Source: an uncultured Methanomassiliicoccales archaeon (GTDB lineage Archaea; Thermoplasmatota; Thermoplasmata; Methanomassiliicoccales; UBA472). From it: a DNA stretch of 64,000 nt. The stretch covers positions 2,144,001 through 2,208,000 of the forward strand of contig OY968769.1 of the NCBI GenBank assembly GCA_963695345.1, read 5' to 3'. This document shows, piece by piece, positions 34,628-46,324 of this stretch (positions are counted from its first letter, which is position 1; every line of letters starts with the position of its first letter). Below the pieces are notes generated by a model that was given only the letters and a program-made list of their open reading frames with translations, was not told the DNA's origin and searched no databases. A program made the position numbers and the translations under genes.

Positions 34628-34961
34628 GCTGCATTCCCCCCTCGATAGATCAGAAGGGAAGTGTCGGACCGATGATATCAAAGGTGCGTCCAATGATGGC
34701 CTGCACTAGGCATCCATCAGAGGAATGTGGCAAACGATCACCATCGCGCCGGACAGAAAACCATGGCTGAGGGATTTCACAGGGTGTGATATCGATATGT
34801 GCCATCGGGCAGTGCGTCCCATCCTCCACCTCGGGGCCCCAAGGGAAGGTCGACAGTCCATAATCAAATTTGTTGGCCTCCTAAAGCCATCTCATCTTGC
34901 TGCTCGGTCCCAGGTCTTCAGGAGAAAAGATTATCCATACCAGTATCTATTGTGCGTTTCA

Positions 34962-35780
34962 ATGATATTCGAGAGAGTGTTCCTCCCGCTAGATTTCTCC
35001 GATCAGTCCGATCTGATGGTGGACTGTATCGCTCAATTGAAGCGCTATGGGGCGAAGGAGGTCATTCTATTCTACGCCATACCAAAGGGGAGGGCGGCGG
35101 ATGCTTACGACGAGCGAAGGATGAACGAGTATGCCAGGATGATCACCGTGAACGGCATCCCGGCAAGAACGATCAAAGAGGTCGGCGATCCAGCAGGCAT
35201 GATAATAAAGGTCTCTAAGCGGGAGAAGGCGACCATTATCGCCATGGCACCCACCGGAAAGGGCAGGGCCAAGGAACTGTTGATAGGGTCGGTCTCCATC
35301 GCGGTCATGAGGAAATCGAGGATACCGGTGCTTCTGGGAAAATTTCCCTCCCTGAAGAGCGGCCAGAAGGAATGCGGGATGCTGGATTCGGCATTGATAT
35401 CGTTCGAGCTGACCCACGGTACGAAGCAGCTCATGGATATCACCCAGCAGATGGGGGATACGGGCATGAGGAGGGCCACGATATTCCATGTCATACACTC
35501 ATCGAAGCATGACATGGGGGACGACACGAGATTCCGCGAGGTCAAGGTGGAACTGGACCGGATCATGAACGAGCTTAAGACCCCGAACTGCGCATTGGAT
35601 ACCCACATCCATTTCGGGACCCCCTCGTACAACATCATGGAGGCGGCCCGCGAGATAAGCGCCGGCGTCATCGTCATGGGGGTCCGGAACAAGTCGCTGT
35701 GGCGCAAGATCGCCCTGGGAACCACGACCGAGGTCCTCATCCGTCAGTCACCGACCAACATACTGCTGGTTCCCTGCTGA
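34962..35780 (+). CDS. Universal stress protein (tandem USP domains)
   Basis: MIFERVFLPLDFS, GDPA..I, LLIGSVS, G.P...I...A, LGTTTE.LIR. Confidence 0.9.
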   Translation: MIFERVFLPLDFSDQSDLMVDCIAQLKRYGAKEVILFYAIPKGRAADAYDERRMNEYARMITVNGIPARTIKEVGDPAGMIIKVSKREKATIIAMAPTGKGRAKELLIGSVSIAVMRKSRIPVLLGKFPSLKSGQKECGMLDSALISFELTHGTKQLMDITQQMGDTGMRRATIFHVIHSSKHDMGDDTRFREVKVELDRIMNELKTPNCALDTHIHFGTPSYNIMEAAREISAGVIVMGVRNKSLWRKIALGTTTEVLIRQSPTNILLVPC

Positions 35781-35850
35781 CGCCTGCTCCAAATTATAAA
35801 GCTCGACAATCAATTATATATCGACCATCCACTGTAAACGTCCAAAATGA

Positions 35851-37356
35851 TTGGCCGCAGGTCCCTATCTGATCGTCATCACCACAGTCCTAACGTCGTT
35901 GTTGGCCTTCGTGGGTCTTTTTGCGATGACGAACTACCTGGGCAAGGATGTATACGGAAATCTGGCCTGGGTGCTGGCGACGTTGGGAACGCTCAATGTG
36001 GTGGCCGATCTCGGGTTTATCAGCGCTCACATCAAGAGGCTGTCGGAAGGAAAGGATGAGGCGGACTGCATCTCCACCTTCATCGTGATCAAGCTGGTGC
36101 TTGTCGGGGTGATGGTGGTGTTCGTTTTCGTCACCCTTTTCCTCTGGACCTGGCTGCTCGGGGGGACCATATCCCAGGAAGCGTGGACCCTGGTCATCCT
36201 CTTCGTGCTTTACTTCATCATGTATGACATCGCCAACATTGCCATTGCCACGTTCACTGCCAGGATGGAGACCACGAAATCGCAGCTGGTCGCTTTCGTG
36301 GACCCGATCATACGCATTCCCCTGATAATCTTCGTTTCCGTCAACCATATGGCCGCCATTGACCTGGCCTTCGCCTACGTCTTTGCCTCAATGGGGGTCC
36401 TTATCGCCGGCCTATATCTCTTGACCCGGGGCAATTTCCGCTGGAAGAGACCGACCCTTTTCCGTTCCTATCTGAAGTTCGCCCTGCCCATATCCATCAT
36501 CGCCATCGCCGGGGCCATCACCGTCAACCTGGACAAGATCCTCATCGGCTACTTCGATTCACCTGGGAACGTGGCTTACTATTCCTCCGCCCAGACGCTT
36601 CTGGCAACGATCGCGGTCATAGGCACGGCGGTGTCGACCCTGACCTTTCCCTCGTTCTCCAAGATGCACAGCGAGGGCAACCTCGAAGGGATACGACAGG
36701 TCACCCATGATGCTGAACGTTACATCTCTATGTTCGGGATACCGGTCGCCACCCTGATCATCATCTTCCCTTCCGAGATCAGTATAGCTCTGTTCGGGCA
36801 GCAATTCGCCGCGGCCGGGGATACCATGAGGTATCTGGGCATCGCGATGGCGCTCGGCCTCCTTAACCAGATATATTACTCCCAGATCCTTGGGGTGAAC
36901 CGGCCTGACATATCCGCCCGGATCGTGCTCTTCACCTTCCTGATCAACTGCATCTTGATGCTGATCTTCGTTCCGAAGACGCTATTGGGGGTCAACATGC
37001 TCGGCATGTCCTATACCGGAGCGGCGATCGCGACCTCGATCACGGCCATTATCATGTTCGTCTCGGTCCGAACCCTCGTAAGTCGTCTCACCGGTACGAA
37101 GAGCAATCCCCGGATATTGAGACACATTCTCGCCGGTATCGCTACCGGCGTGTTGCTCTACGGGTTGGACCTGGTATTCCCGATGGACGGGCTATTCCGT
37201 CTGATCATCTACGGCCTGGTGACATTGGCAACATTCTTTGCCGCCTTGGTCGTCCTGAAGGAATTTACCCGGGCCGATCTCGTATACATCATGGACATCG
37301 TGAACCCCTCAAAGATGTTCAGTTATATGGGGGACGAGATGAAGAACAAGAAATGA
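35851..37356 (+). CDS. Oligosaccharide flippase (Wzx / MOP family)
   Basis: YLG.D.YG, ADLG, LDKILIGYF..VAYYS.A, FPSFS; about 14 TM helices. Confidence 0.9.
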   Translation: MAAGPYLIVITTVLTSLLAFVGLFAMTNYLGKDVYGNLAWVLATLGTLNVVADLGFISAHIKRLSEGKDEADCISTFIVIKLVLVGVMVVFVFVTLFLWTWLLGGTISQEAWTLVILFVLYFIMYDIANIAIATFTARMETTKSQLVAFVDPIIRIPLIIFVSVNHMAAIDLAFAYVFASMGVLIAGLYLLTRGNFRWKRPTLFRSYLKFALPISIIAIAGAITVNLDKILIGYFDSPGNVAYYSSAQTLLATIAVIGTAVSTLTFPSFSKMHSEGNLEGIRQVTHDAERYISMFGIPVATLIIIFPSEISIALFGQQFAAAGDTMRYLGIAMALGLLNQIYYSQILGVNRPDISARIVLFTFLINCILMLIFVPKTLLGVNMLGMSYTGAAIATSITAIIMFVSVRTLVSRLTGTKSNPRILRHILAGIATGVLLYGLDLVFPMDGLFRLIIYGLVTLATFFAALVVLKEFTRADLVYIMDIVNPSKMFSYMGDEMKNKK

Positions 37357-37920
37357 TCAATGTCCCTGATCCTTCGTCAGAGGGATGGTTTACCTCAAAT
37401 CGGCAGCCTGAAGAAAGGGATTCCTGCCGTTCCTCTCGTTTTAGGTCCATGCCCTATGCAAAAAGGGCATATCAAGAATACTTCGTCTCAAAACCTCTAA
37501 GCGGTTCAAATAAAAGTGGAGGCAGGACCAACTCTCCGGTGTCGGCTGGAGCTCATCGATCCTAGCCTCTAGGTCGAATCAAAGAAATGTTATCTATTAA
37601 TATATTGCCATTATTGGATGATATAAAATAATGCTTCTCGGCCCTTTTTGGAAAAAATCGAGTGCCTAATAGGGAAATGATGCCACCATCCAACAGTCCC
37701 GGTAAATGCTCATATATGTGCTGAGAGCGATGAATTTTCCCGGCATCGAAGAGGCGTGCGTTTGCCATGCTCTTGCATCAATGCCTATATGATTAGATTC
37801 TAGGAGTAACAGGGAATTCCAAAAACGATATCAAAGATAGTTAGTGGAGCGATCTCATCCGTCACGATGCCTCTCGTGACGTCCATTGCCTCTTCCACCA
37901 TTGAGCCGATCTAGATCTCC

Positions 37921-38859
37921 TCACATCGAGGCGATGGTCAGCTCGACCCCTTTCTCGATGGTATACTCCGGTTTGTATCCCAGCAGCGCCTTCGCCCTGC
38001 CGATATCGGCGAGAGAATGCTTGATATCCCCGGCCCTTTCCGGTTGATAGTCGATCTGGCATTTCTTGCCCAATTTGCCGAAGATCATGTTCGCCAGTTC
38101 ATTGAGCGAGATGCGCTCCTGCCGGGCGATGTTGAACACCTCGCCGTTCGATTCGGTGTCCACCGCCGCCCTGAGATTGGCCTGGACGACGTCCAGTACA
38201 TAGGTGAAATCCCGGGTCTGCTCTCCGTCACCGTAGACGATCACCTTCTTACCCGCTTTGGCCAGCTGAATGAATTTCGGTATGACCGCGGCATATTGCG
38301 AGTCGGGGTCCTGTCTGGGTCCGAATACATTGAAGTAACGGAGCGCTGCGGTGGGCAACCGGTAGTTCTTCCAGAACACCCGGCAGTACTGTTCCGCCGC
38401 CATCTTGGTCACGGCGTAGGGGGACTGCGGGTTCAACAGCATGGTCTCGACCTTCGGCAATACCGGGGTATCTCCATAGACCGAAGAGGACGATGCGAAC
38501 ACGACCTTCCTCACATTGCACTTGCGGGCCATGATGAGAAGGTTCAGAGTGCCCTCGATGTTATTGATATTGGACGGCATCGGGTCCTCGACGCTGCGCG
38601 GCACCGAGGGCAGGGCCCCCTGATGCAACACGTAGTCGGCCCCGGTAAGTGCTTCCCGAAGCTTGTCGAGATCATTGATGCTTCCCTCGATGAACCTGCA
38701 TTCGATGTTCTCCAGGTTGGAACGGTGGCCGGTCAGGAGGTTATCGATGACGGTCACGTCGTTCTTCCGCGCCAGTACCTGGGCGATGTTAGAGCCGATG
38801 AAGCCCGCGCCCCCGGTGACGCAGACCTTCTTGCCCTCGATGATACTGTCCAGCTGCAT
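37921..38859 (-). CDS. NAD-dependent nucleotide-sugar 4-epimerase (WbpP-like SDR)
   Basis: VTGGAGFIGS, HQGALPSVPRS, SSSSVYG, YAVTK, LRYFNVFGPRQDP. Confidence 0.93.
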   Translation of the reverse strand: MQLDSIIEGKKVCVTGGAGFIGSNIAQVLARKNDVTVIDNLLTGHRSNLENIECRFIEGSINDLDKLREALTGADYVLHQGALPSVPRSVEDPMPSNINNIEGTLNLLIMARKCNVRKVVFASSSSVYGDTPVLPKVETMLLNPQSPYAVTKMAAEQYCRVFWKNYRLPTAALRYFNVFGPRQDPDSQYAAVIPKFIQLAKAGKKVIVYGDGEQTRDFTYVLDVVQANLRAAVDTESNGEVFNIARQERISLNELANMIFGKLGKKCQIDYQPERAGDIKHSLADIGRAKALLGYKPEYTIEKGVELTIASM

Positions 38860-40230
38860 CAGTTGTCCCTTCCTGCCCCTATGCCCTTGTAGATGAACCC
38901 GAGGCCCTTAAGCTCTTCCGCGTCGAAGACCCTGCGGCCATCGACGAACACCGGGTTCGGTTTCATGAGCTTCTTGACCTTCTTGAGGTCCAGTTCCTTG
39001 AAGCTCTGGTGCGGCACCATGAACACGACCGCCTGCGCCCCTTTCAGGGCCTCGTATGGGTCGCTCGAGGTGCTTCTCCTCCGGTATCCCGAACTCGCTG
39101 TGGACGACCTTGGCGGTGACGAACGGGTCGACGGTGACGATGTCCGCCTCCATCGACTTCAGTTCTTCGACCAGTTTCAGTGACGGGGTCTTCCTGGTGT
39201 CGCCCACGTTCTCCTTGTAGCTGACCCCCAGGATGACGATCTTCGACCCCTTGACCGGCTTCTCGATCTGGTTGAGGCCCTTGGTCAGCAGCAGGAACAC
39301 GTGATGCGGCATCAGGTCGTTGATCTTCCTGCCGGCGGTGATGATCTGCGCGTGGTAGCCAAGCTTCTCCGCCGTCTTGACCAGGTAGTAAGGGTCCTTG
39401 GGCAGGCAATGGCCTCCCACCCCGGCTCCCGGATAGTACCGGTTGAAGTTCCACTTGGTGGCGGCGGCATTGATGACCTCCATGACGTCCAGACCCATCT
39501 TCTCCATGATCAGCGCCACTTCGTTCATGAGCGCGATGTTCAGGTCACGCTGGGTGTTCTCGATGATCTTGGCCGCCTCCGCCGTCTTGATGTTGCGCAC
39601 CGGGACCACTCCCTCGCCGGTGATGTGGTTGTAAAGGAACACGGCCGTCTCGGTGGAGCGCGGATTGATGCCTGCCACGATCCTGCGGGTCTTGTCGATG
39701 GTATGCAACGGGTCACCCGGGTTGTACCTTTCCGGGCAATAGGCCAGGTCGAAGTCTATGCCGGCCTTCAGGCCGGATTCCTCAAGGATGGGCTTCAGCG
39801 TTCCCTCGGTGACTCCCGGGTATACGGTCGACTCCAGAATGACCAGCTTGCCTTTCTTCAATCCTTTGGAGATGTCTCTGCCTGCACCCTCGATGTAACT
39901 GAGGTCCGGTTCCTCGCCCTCCTTTGTCGGGGTCGGCACGATGATGATAATGACGTCATTCTCCTGGGTCGCCTTGACCGTGTCACTGGTGGCGACCAAT
40001 TTCTTCCTGGTCACGACATCCTTCACCCTTTCGTCCAGGTTGAGGTCGGTGAGCGGTGATATGCCGTCGTTGATGAGGCGGACGGATTCCTTCTTCATCT
40101 CACACCCGGTGACGTCGAATCCCGCCTCTGCGAACAGCACTGCCGTAGGAAGTCCTACGTAACCCAAACCGACAATTGCGATCTTAAGGTCCTTGCCCTT
40201 CCGTGTTGATGCCTTTTTGCTGCTCTGCAT
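38859..40230 (-). CDS. UDP-N-acetylhexosamine 6-dehydrogenase (WbpO/WecC family; +1 frameshift near 39066)
   Basis: VGLGYVGLP, ESTVYPG, CPER, GVGGHCLPKDP. The shifted frame continues to VDGRRVFD...YKGIG and stops at 38859. Confidence 0.92.
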
Positions 40231-40286
40231 TAATGGTGAATAAAAGCGAAGATGGATATACGTTTGCTCGTTAAAATCAAATCGCT

Positions 40287-42705
40287 CTATTGTCTGGCTA
40301 TCATTTTCGCACTTAGCGAATCGATGTCTCCATCGATGATGCTTGTGGAAAGAGCGTTGCCAAATCCTTCGAATAGGCTGCGGGCCTTGCGGAACTCATC
40401 GACCGCCTGTTCCATGTGTCCCTGCTCGGTGAGCGACTCAGCGTACCAGGCATGGACCGTCGCCTCGTACAGGGGGCCGAACCTGGTACCCCGGAACTTC
40501 GGGATCGCGCTCTGGAACAGCTGGTTGGCGTTGCCGTAGTCCTTCTTCCGGCTCAACACCGATGCCTTCACCGCCATGGCCAGGGTCCCGATGGCTGGCT
40601 GTCCGAAGGCGATATCCTCGATGTTATTGAGCGATGCATCGGCCAGTATCTCCGCTTTGGCCAGATTTCCCTCGCGCTGTTCGATATGAGCCATCACCAC
40701 ATTCTGCCAGGGGGTCCCTCCGCCCCTCTTGAGCGATTCATGGCTGGCCTCCACCACGATCTCCCTGGCCTTGGCGATGTCGCCGGCCAGGTCCAGAGCG
40801 AATGTCTTGTCGAACTGGATCATTTCGGTGCGGACCCGGTCCCCCGCCCGCCGGGAGATGTCCATGCAATGGTCGAACACCGGGATCGCCTTCTCCACCT
40901 GGCCTTTGCATAGGTAGGCGATGCCCAGAGCCTCATTGGCGTCCACCTCATTGGCGAAGTTGGGATGCTCCTGGGCGGTGCGGATGGCGTGGGTGAGCGT
41001 CTTGATGGCCAGGTCTGCCTTGCCCTGCCTCAGCTGCAGGTCGCCATACTGCATCATTTCCTTTGCCCATCGGTCGACAGCGCCGTGGTCCTTGAACGAT
41101 TTCATCGCCGCCTGGCAAAGGCTCTCTGCGTCGTCCAGCTCACCCTTGGCCATGAGCGCTCCGGCAATGCTGCTCTTGCATTCCGCGGTCTCATAGTCAT
41201 CGCCCGATTCAATGAGCGCCTGAAGGACCAGGGATAACGAGATATCGTTCCCCTTCTCCGTCGTCTTGTTCTTGGTGCAGGTGGACTTCTTTCTCAGCAG
41301 GCGCGCCCGGTCCGATGAGGTGGACCTCTTGATAGCCTTATCATAGCAGTCCAGGGCGCGGGCCTTTCGTCCCTGTCCGAAGTATGCGTCCCCTATCCCT
41401 TCGTAGGACTCAAGCACAGAATCGGCACGCCCAGACTCTCCGACCAGGTCAAGCACCCTGCGGAAATAGAGCTTCGCTTCCGGATGCCCTCCCCATACTG
41501 AACAGATCCTTCCTGCCAGCAGGGAGAATTTTACACAGCGGTCCTGGTCCCCGGCGAGGAACCATTGCCTTGACAGCTCTCCGAGGCACTCTTCGCGATA
41601 TCCTTCCGCCTCCATCGCCGTCGCCACCGATCTGTGGATCTCCTTCGATCTCCGCCTCGGGTACTAGGTCGATCACGGCCCTGCGCACACGCTCGTGGGG
41701 GAATTTGAATTGGCTGCCATGGCAATCGACCAGGGCGCTCTTCTTGTGAATATCCCTGATGATCCTGGTGACCTCGTCCGGTCTGATCCCTACGGACTTT
41801 GCCAGGGCGAAGACGTCCGTTCCCGGTTCGAAGGCAGTGGCCCGGTAGATGATCTGCCTTTCGGCGTCATTCAACGATTCCAGTCTCAGCCTGATCGCGT
41901 CACCGAGGGTCATGGGCACATCGGTGACCTCCCCGGAACGGAGAACCCCATCGCGCAGCTCCAGGGCAGCGCTGAAGGTGACCGTCTTGGTCGACTCGAT
42001 ACCGATCAGCGGGTTTCCCCGGGCGGTCTTAACGACCTTGTCGACCAGGTTCTTGGGCAGGTTCAACTGGAACCTACCGGTGATGATCCGGGCGGTCTCT
42101 TCCGGTGCCAGCTGGGTCAACTCCACCGAGTGGTCTAATCCGTCCAGTGAGGCGTTGGAAATGAAATCGTTGATGTGGGAACGCCCCTCCTCGTCCACTT
42201 TGACCTCATCCTTGCATATGGTGAAGATGAATCGGGGCCCTTCCTTGTCACCCGAACGCACAAGATAATCGAGTAGTCTGATCGAAGGCGAATCGGCCCT
42301 CTGCAGGTCCTCAAACACCACGAGCACCGGTCTCTTGCGGGACAATTCCAAAAGATAGGATTCCCATGCCAATAAGATACCGTCCCGGGAACCTGTCGCC
42401 CTTTCATCTTGGAAAGGAGTAGGTAAGGAGTCAGGTATCCTTCTTAGCCGCTCTGAGAGTTCCCGGAAGGGAGCGTAGGGGAACGGAGAGTCACGTCCGC
42501 AGCTAATTGTGACGACCGTGAAGCCTTTGGACTCGGCGATCTTCGAGGCCTCTTTTGCGAGGCGTGTCTTGCCGATACCAGCTGGCCCTGAGATGGTGAT
42601 CATCGGCGGACGGGTCAAACTCCGGTCAAATAGACTGCTGAGTATGCCGTCCAGTTCGTTGCGTCTTCCGACGAACGAGATGTTCTCCCTCTCCAAAAGC
42701 GACAC
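40287..42705 (-). CDS. STAND-type AAA ATPase with C-terminal TPR repeats (+1 frameshift near 41646)
   Basis: FVGRRNEL, GPAGIGKTRL, VFEDLQRAD, GNPL, F.F.H..VR. Removing one base restores IHRSVATAME and joins the TPR ORF 40287..41627. Confidence 0.85.
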
Positions 42706-43097
42706 AGATAGGGGTTATCTTCTGGAGTATTTTATGGTTTCCCGAGCTGCTCAAAATTTGTATCCTCCGAAAAAAGGGGATGAAATTCCATCGGATCCGC
42801 CGATTTTTTCCTGATGCCGTACCCTTGAAACCAATCGATTTAAGGTGCCTCGCTCTCACCGTCCATACCATTTTGGGAAAGGTTCCCCGGCCACTTCATC
42901 ACCAACCGGTAACCAGCTCGGTCGGGAGAGGTTCACTCCTCCCCGTAAGTCCCATTCGTGCTATCACTGCCTTCAACAAGATTGCCGAGAGCAATGGCCT
43001 CTTCATCGGGCGTCGCATCTGGGACCTCAGACCGATAAACCAGGGCAAAGGGGATGAACTCCAACCTACGTAGAGTGTATTGTATGGGGGCGATGGC

Positions 43098-44141
43098 ATG
43101 ATATCCGAGCTTAACGAAAGGGCGCGTTTGCTGCGCGCTCTCGACATGGATCCATTGGACCGGATCCCATGCGTAAGCCCTCTCCAGACCGGCACATTGG
43201 AGCTCATGCAAATGAGCGGTTGCTCCTGGCCAGACGCCTTTCGCGATCCTAGGAAGATGTATTGCCTTAGCCGGGCGGCCCATGACATTGCCGGGTTGGA
43301 AGGGGTCCGGGTGCCCTTCGATGTTACCGGGGAGGCGAGCGTTCTAGGGGCTGAGACCGGCCGTGAGGCGGTTGACCGTCAACCATCGATATCAAGACCG
43401 GCGTTGAACGACCTCGAAGGTCTGGAAAGGCTCGAGGTGGTTGAGCCTGCGTCTGGCAGGGCCACCAAGGCGGTGCTATCGGCGGTGGACACGCTGTTCT
43501 CCAGGATGGAGGGAGTGCCGGTGATCTGCGGCATCGTCGCTCCATTCATGCTCGCCTGCCAGCTGCTGGGCCTGGAGCAGACCCTGATGAACCTGATGAA
43601 CGACCCCTCCTTCGTACGCATGCTGGTTAGGAAGGCGGAAAAGTTCGATCAGATGTATGTCGTCGCTGCGGTCGATGCCGGCGCGGATGTCATTACAATC
43701 ATAGACGCCACTGCCAGCGGTGACATTTTGAGCACCCAGCACTATGAGGATTTTGCCCTTCCTTCGGAGACTGGCCTGGCGCTCAGGGCGCGCTTCGGGG
43801 GGGCCCGTTCGGTGTTGCACATCTGCGGCCATACGGAGCACTTGCTGACCTCCATAAGGGGGTCGGGGGCGACGGCCTTGAGCGTAGACCAGTGCATGGA
43901 CCTGGTAAGGGTCAAGGAAGCCTTGCGGACGGATATGGCGCTGGTCGGAAACGTGAGCCCCACCGAGTCCCTCCTGTTCGGGACCTCGGACATGGTCGAA
44001 AAGGAATCGGAGGCCTGTTGCCGTGCTGGGGTGGATATCCTATCACCAGGATGCGGTCTGGCGCCGAGGACGCCTACCAGGAACATCAGGGCCATGGTAG
44101 GAACGGTGAAACAATTCCCGCCTTGCGGCTATCCTCGTTGA
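43098..44141 (+). CDS. MtaA/CmuA family methylcobamide:CoM methyltransferase
   Basis: DRIP...LQTGT.ELM, RVPFD.T.EA, Zn ligands LHICG and SPGCG. Confidence 0.88.
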   Translation: MISELNERARLLRALDMDPLDRIPCVSPLQTGTLELMQMSGCSWPDAFRDPRKMYCLSRAAHDIAGLEGVRVPFDVTGEASVLGAETGREAVDRQPSISRPALNDLEGLERLEVVEPASGRATKAVLSAVDTLFSRMEGVPVICGIVAPFMLACQLLGLEQTLMNLMNDPSFVRMLVRKAEKFDQMYVVAAVDAGADVITIIDATASGDILSTQHYEDFALPSETGLALRARFGGARSVLHICGHTEHLLTSIRGSGATALSVDQCMDLVRVKEALRTDMALVGNVSPTESLLFGTSDMVEKESEACCRAGVDILSPGCGLAPRTPTRNIRAMVGTVKQFPPCGYPR

Positions 44142-44308
44142 AACAGGAATCGAGACTTATGGTGGACGTCCGAAACATCGCTCAACTCAATATGTAGGAA
44201 GAAAATTCAATATTTAATTTCTATTTGTCGTTAATATCTGCTCCGTGATTATACGTTTTGAAAACCGGCTAGGCAAATTTATAACATGACCTATTTATTG
44301 AATTTGAT

Positions 44309-44893
44309 ATGCCCAACATTACCAAAACAGAGCTATGCAAAGTACCATTCATCTTTGAGGAGACAGAACATCTGTTGCGACAGAATGGGATCACTTGCGT
44401 CGAGGACCTGATGGCCAAGAACATCGTCCACTTCGTTGAGGAGTGCCGTTCGAATCCAGAGAACAGGGAATCTGACCGGTGGAAGCTGCTGAATGCCATC
44501 TCCATGGTCCGGGAGTTCGGGGCTCGGGAGAACGGTCTGGTTCCTCCATCCGATTTCGTTTCCCAACTGCTGTCCATACCAAGCGTTTCCAGAACGACCG
44601 TGAATCAACTGGCCTCCGTCGGGATAAACAGTTACGAGGGATTGGGGATCACCGGGATCAACGACTTCGCACCGAGGGCCCAGAAGATCGTCTTCGATGT
44701 CCTTGCGATCAGCCCCCTAACTCCTGAGGAGACCGCCAAACTGTGGTCCGAGACCCTTGCCGTGTGCATGTACGCCGCCTACGGATACTGGGAACAGGAG
44801 CCAGGCCAGGTGTTCATGACCCTGGGGTCAAGTCCCTTTCAGGCCGGAAGACACCTCCCCCCAGCCAGCAAAGTCGCATCATATCAGTCGTAA
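44309..44893 (+). CDS. Hypothetical protein with two helix-hairpin-helix-like motifs
   Basis: LCKVPFIFEETEHLLRQNGITCVEDL and LLSIPSVSRTTVNQLASVGINSYEGL; AT-rich promoter upstream and T-rich tract downstream. Confidence 0.65.
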   Translation: MPNITKTELCKVPFIFEETEHLLRQNGITCVEDLMAKNIVHFVEECRSNPENRESDRWKLLNAISMVREFGARENGLVPPSDFVSQLLSIPSVSRTTVNQLASVGINSYEGLGITGINDFAPRAQKIVFDVLAISPLTPEETAKLWSETLAVCMYAAYGYWEQEPGQVFMTLGSSPFQAGRHLPPASKVASYQS

Positions 44894-44960
44894 GGAAAAG
44901 AAGAGGCAGGCGGCCGGGAGAAGGGGCCAATGACCCGGGGCCCAAAACACATTATTCATC

Positions 44961-44985
44961 CTTTCATTTCCTTTTCGCATTTTTC
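44961..44985 (+). terminator. T-rich terminator-like tract
   Basis: CTTTCATTTCCTTTTCGCATTTTTC after the stop at 44893. Confidence 0.45.
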
Positions 44986-45208
44986 ACATTGCCTCTAGCA
45001 ACGACCATCTATCTATGGTGCACCAAGAGAACCAGCATCCTGACCGTTGCAGCATCCTTCCCCTCGTAATATGATGGTTCGCTCCGACACGATTAGCACC
45101 TCAGGGTCGGTGTGAAAACTTGACTTTTCAACCCTGAGTGCATTAACGATATCTAGTGGTGTAAAACTTATTACTTCAGTCGTTTTACCCCTACGGACAG
45201 GGCGAAAG

Positions 45209-46324
45209 ATGACCAAGATACTGTTTATGATCGCCTGCCTAAGGGCCGGAGGGTCCGAGGCATACCTGCTCAATCTGGTAAAGAACATTGATCAGAAGCG
45301 CTTCCAGGTAACGGTATGGTGCGAAGGTGAATGGGGTCCTGCCGGGGACGACCTGATAAAGGCTGGAGCCACCGTATTCCAGCGCCGTCTGAGCGCTCGG
45401 CCGGGCGACATCATAAAGGCCGTTCGTTACATCCGGAGGGAACGTTTCGACATAGTCCATTCATTGAAGTACGGGCCATCCTACATCGATCCCCTGGTCA
45501 CCAAGATGGCCCGGGTCAAGGTCTTCGTCGGTTCCCGTAGGAACCTGCCGCACTGGGTCACTTCGATGCGGATAACCAACCCGGACCGGATCCGTAACTC
45601 GATGACCGACCACATCATCGCCAACTCAAAAACGGTCAAGGATATCACGGTCAGGGTGGAGAAGTTCTCGGAGGATGAGGTCTCGGTCATCTACAACGGG
45701 GTCGACCTCGTGTCCGTGGATGCCATTACCCAGGAATCAGGACAGAACTACCGGAAAACGCTGGAGATCCCGCCCACCGCATTCGTGATCGGGAACGTCG
45801 CCGACCTCCGTGAACCCAAGGGTCAATCATTTCTTCTCCGGGCCTTCGCAGACGTCGTTCGAAGAACTGAAGAGGACGTCTACCTGATAATCCAAGGTCA
45901 AGGCCCTCTGGAATCGAGCCTCCGATCGCTGGCGAAGGAACTGGGCATCGAAGGCCGGGTGAAGATAGACACAACGCGCCAAAACAGGCTGGAGGTCATT
46001 CGGTCTTTCCAGGTGTTCGTTCTACCAAGCCTGACGGAGAGGTTCCCCAACCCTCTCGTAGATACCATGGCCATGTCATTGCCGTGCATAGCGACCGACG
46101 TGGGAGCCATCCCTGAGGTCGTTGTCAATGGCGTCACCGGCCTGATCGTGCCGGCCAAATCCGTCGAACAGATGGCCGAAGCGATCCTCAAGGTCATCGG
46201 GGATCCCTCAATGGCCAAGGACTTCGGGGCTCGGGGTCGAGAGTTCGTTGAGAGGCAGTTCACCGTTAGACAGATGGGGCTGGAGCATGAGCGGGTTTAC
46301 GATGAGCTGCTCAAGAAACGGTGA
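45209..46324 (+). CDS. Glycosyltransferase family 4
   Basis: GGSE, IIANS, VIYNGVD, KG..FLL.AF, FVLPS, ATDVGAIPEVV. Confidence 0.9.
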   Translation: MTKILFMIACLRAGGSEAYLLNLVKNIDQKRFQVTVWCEGEWGPAGDDLIKAGATVFQRRLSARPGDIIKAVRYIRRERFDIVHSLKYGPSYIDPLVTKMARVKVFVGSRRNLPHWVTSMRITNPDRIRNSMTDHIIANSKTVKDITVRVEKFSEDEVSVIYNGVDLVSVDAITQESGQNYRKTLEIPPTAFVIGNVADLREPKGQSFLLRAFADVVRRTEEDVYLIIQGQGPLESSLRSLAKELGIEGRVKIDTTRQNRLEVIRSFQVFVLPSLTERFPNPLVDTMAMSLPCIATDVGAIPEVVVNGVTGLIVPAKSVEQMAEAILKVIGDPSMAKDFGARGREFVERQFTVRQMGLEHERVYDELLKKR

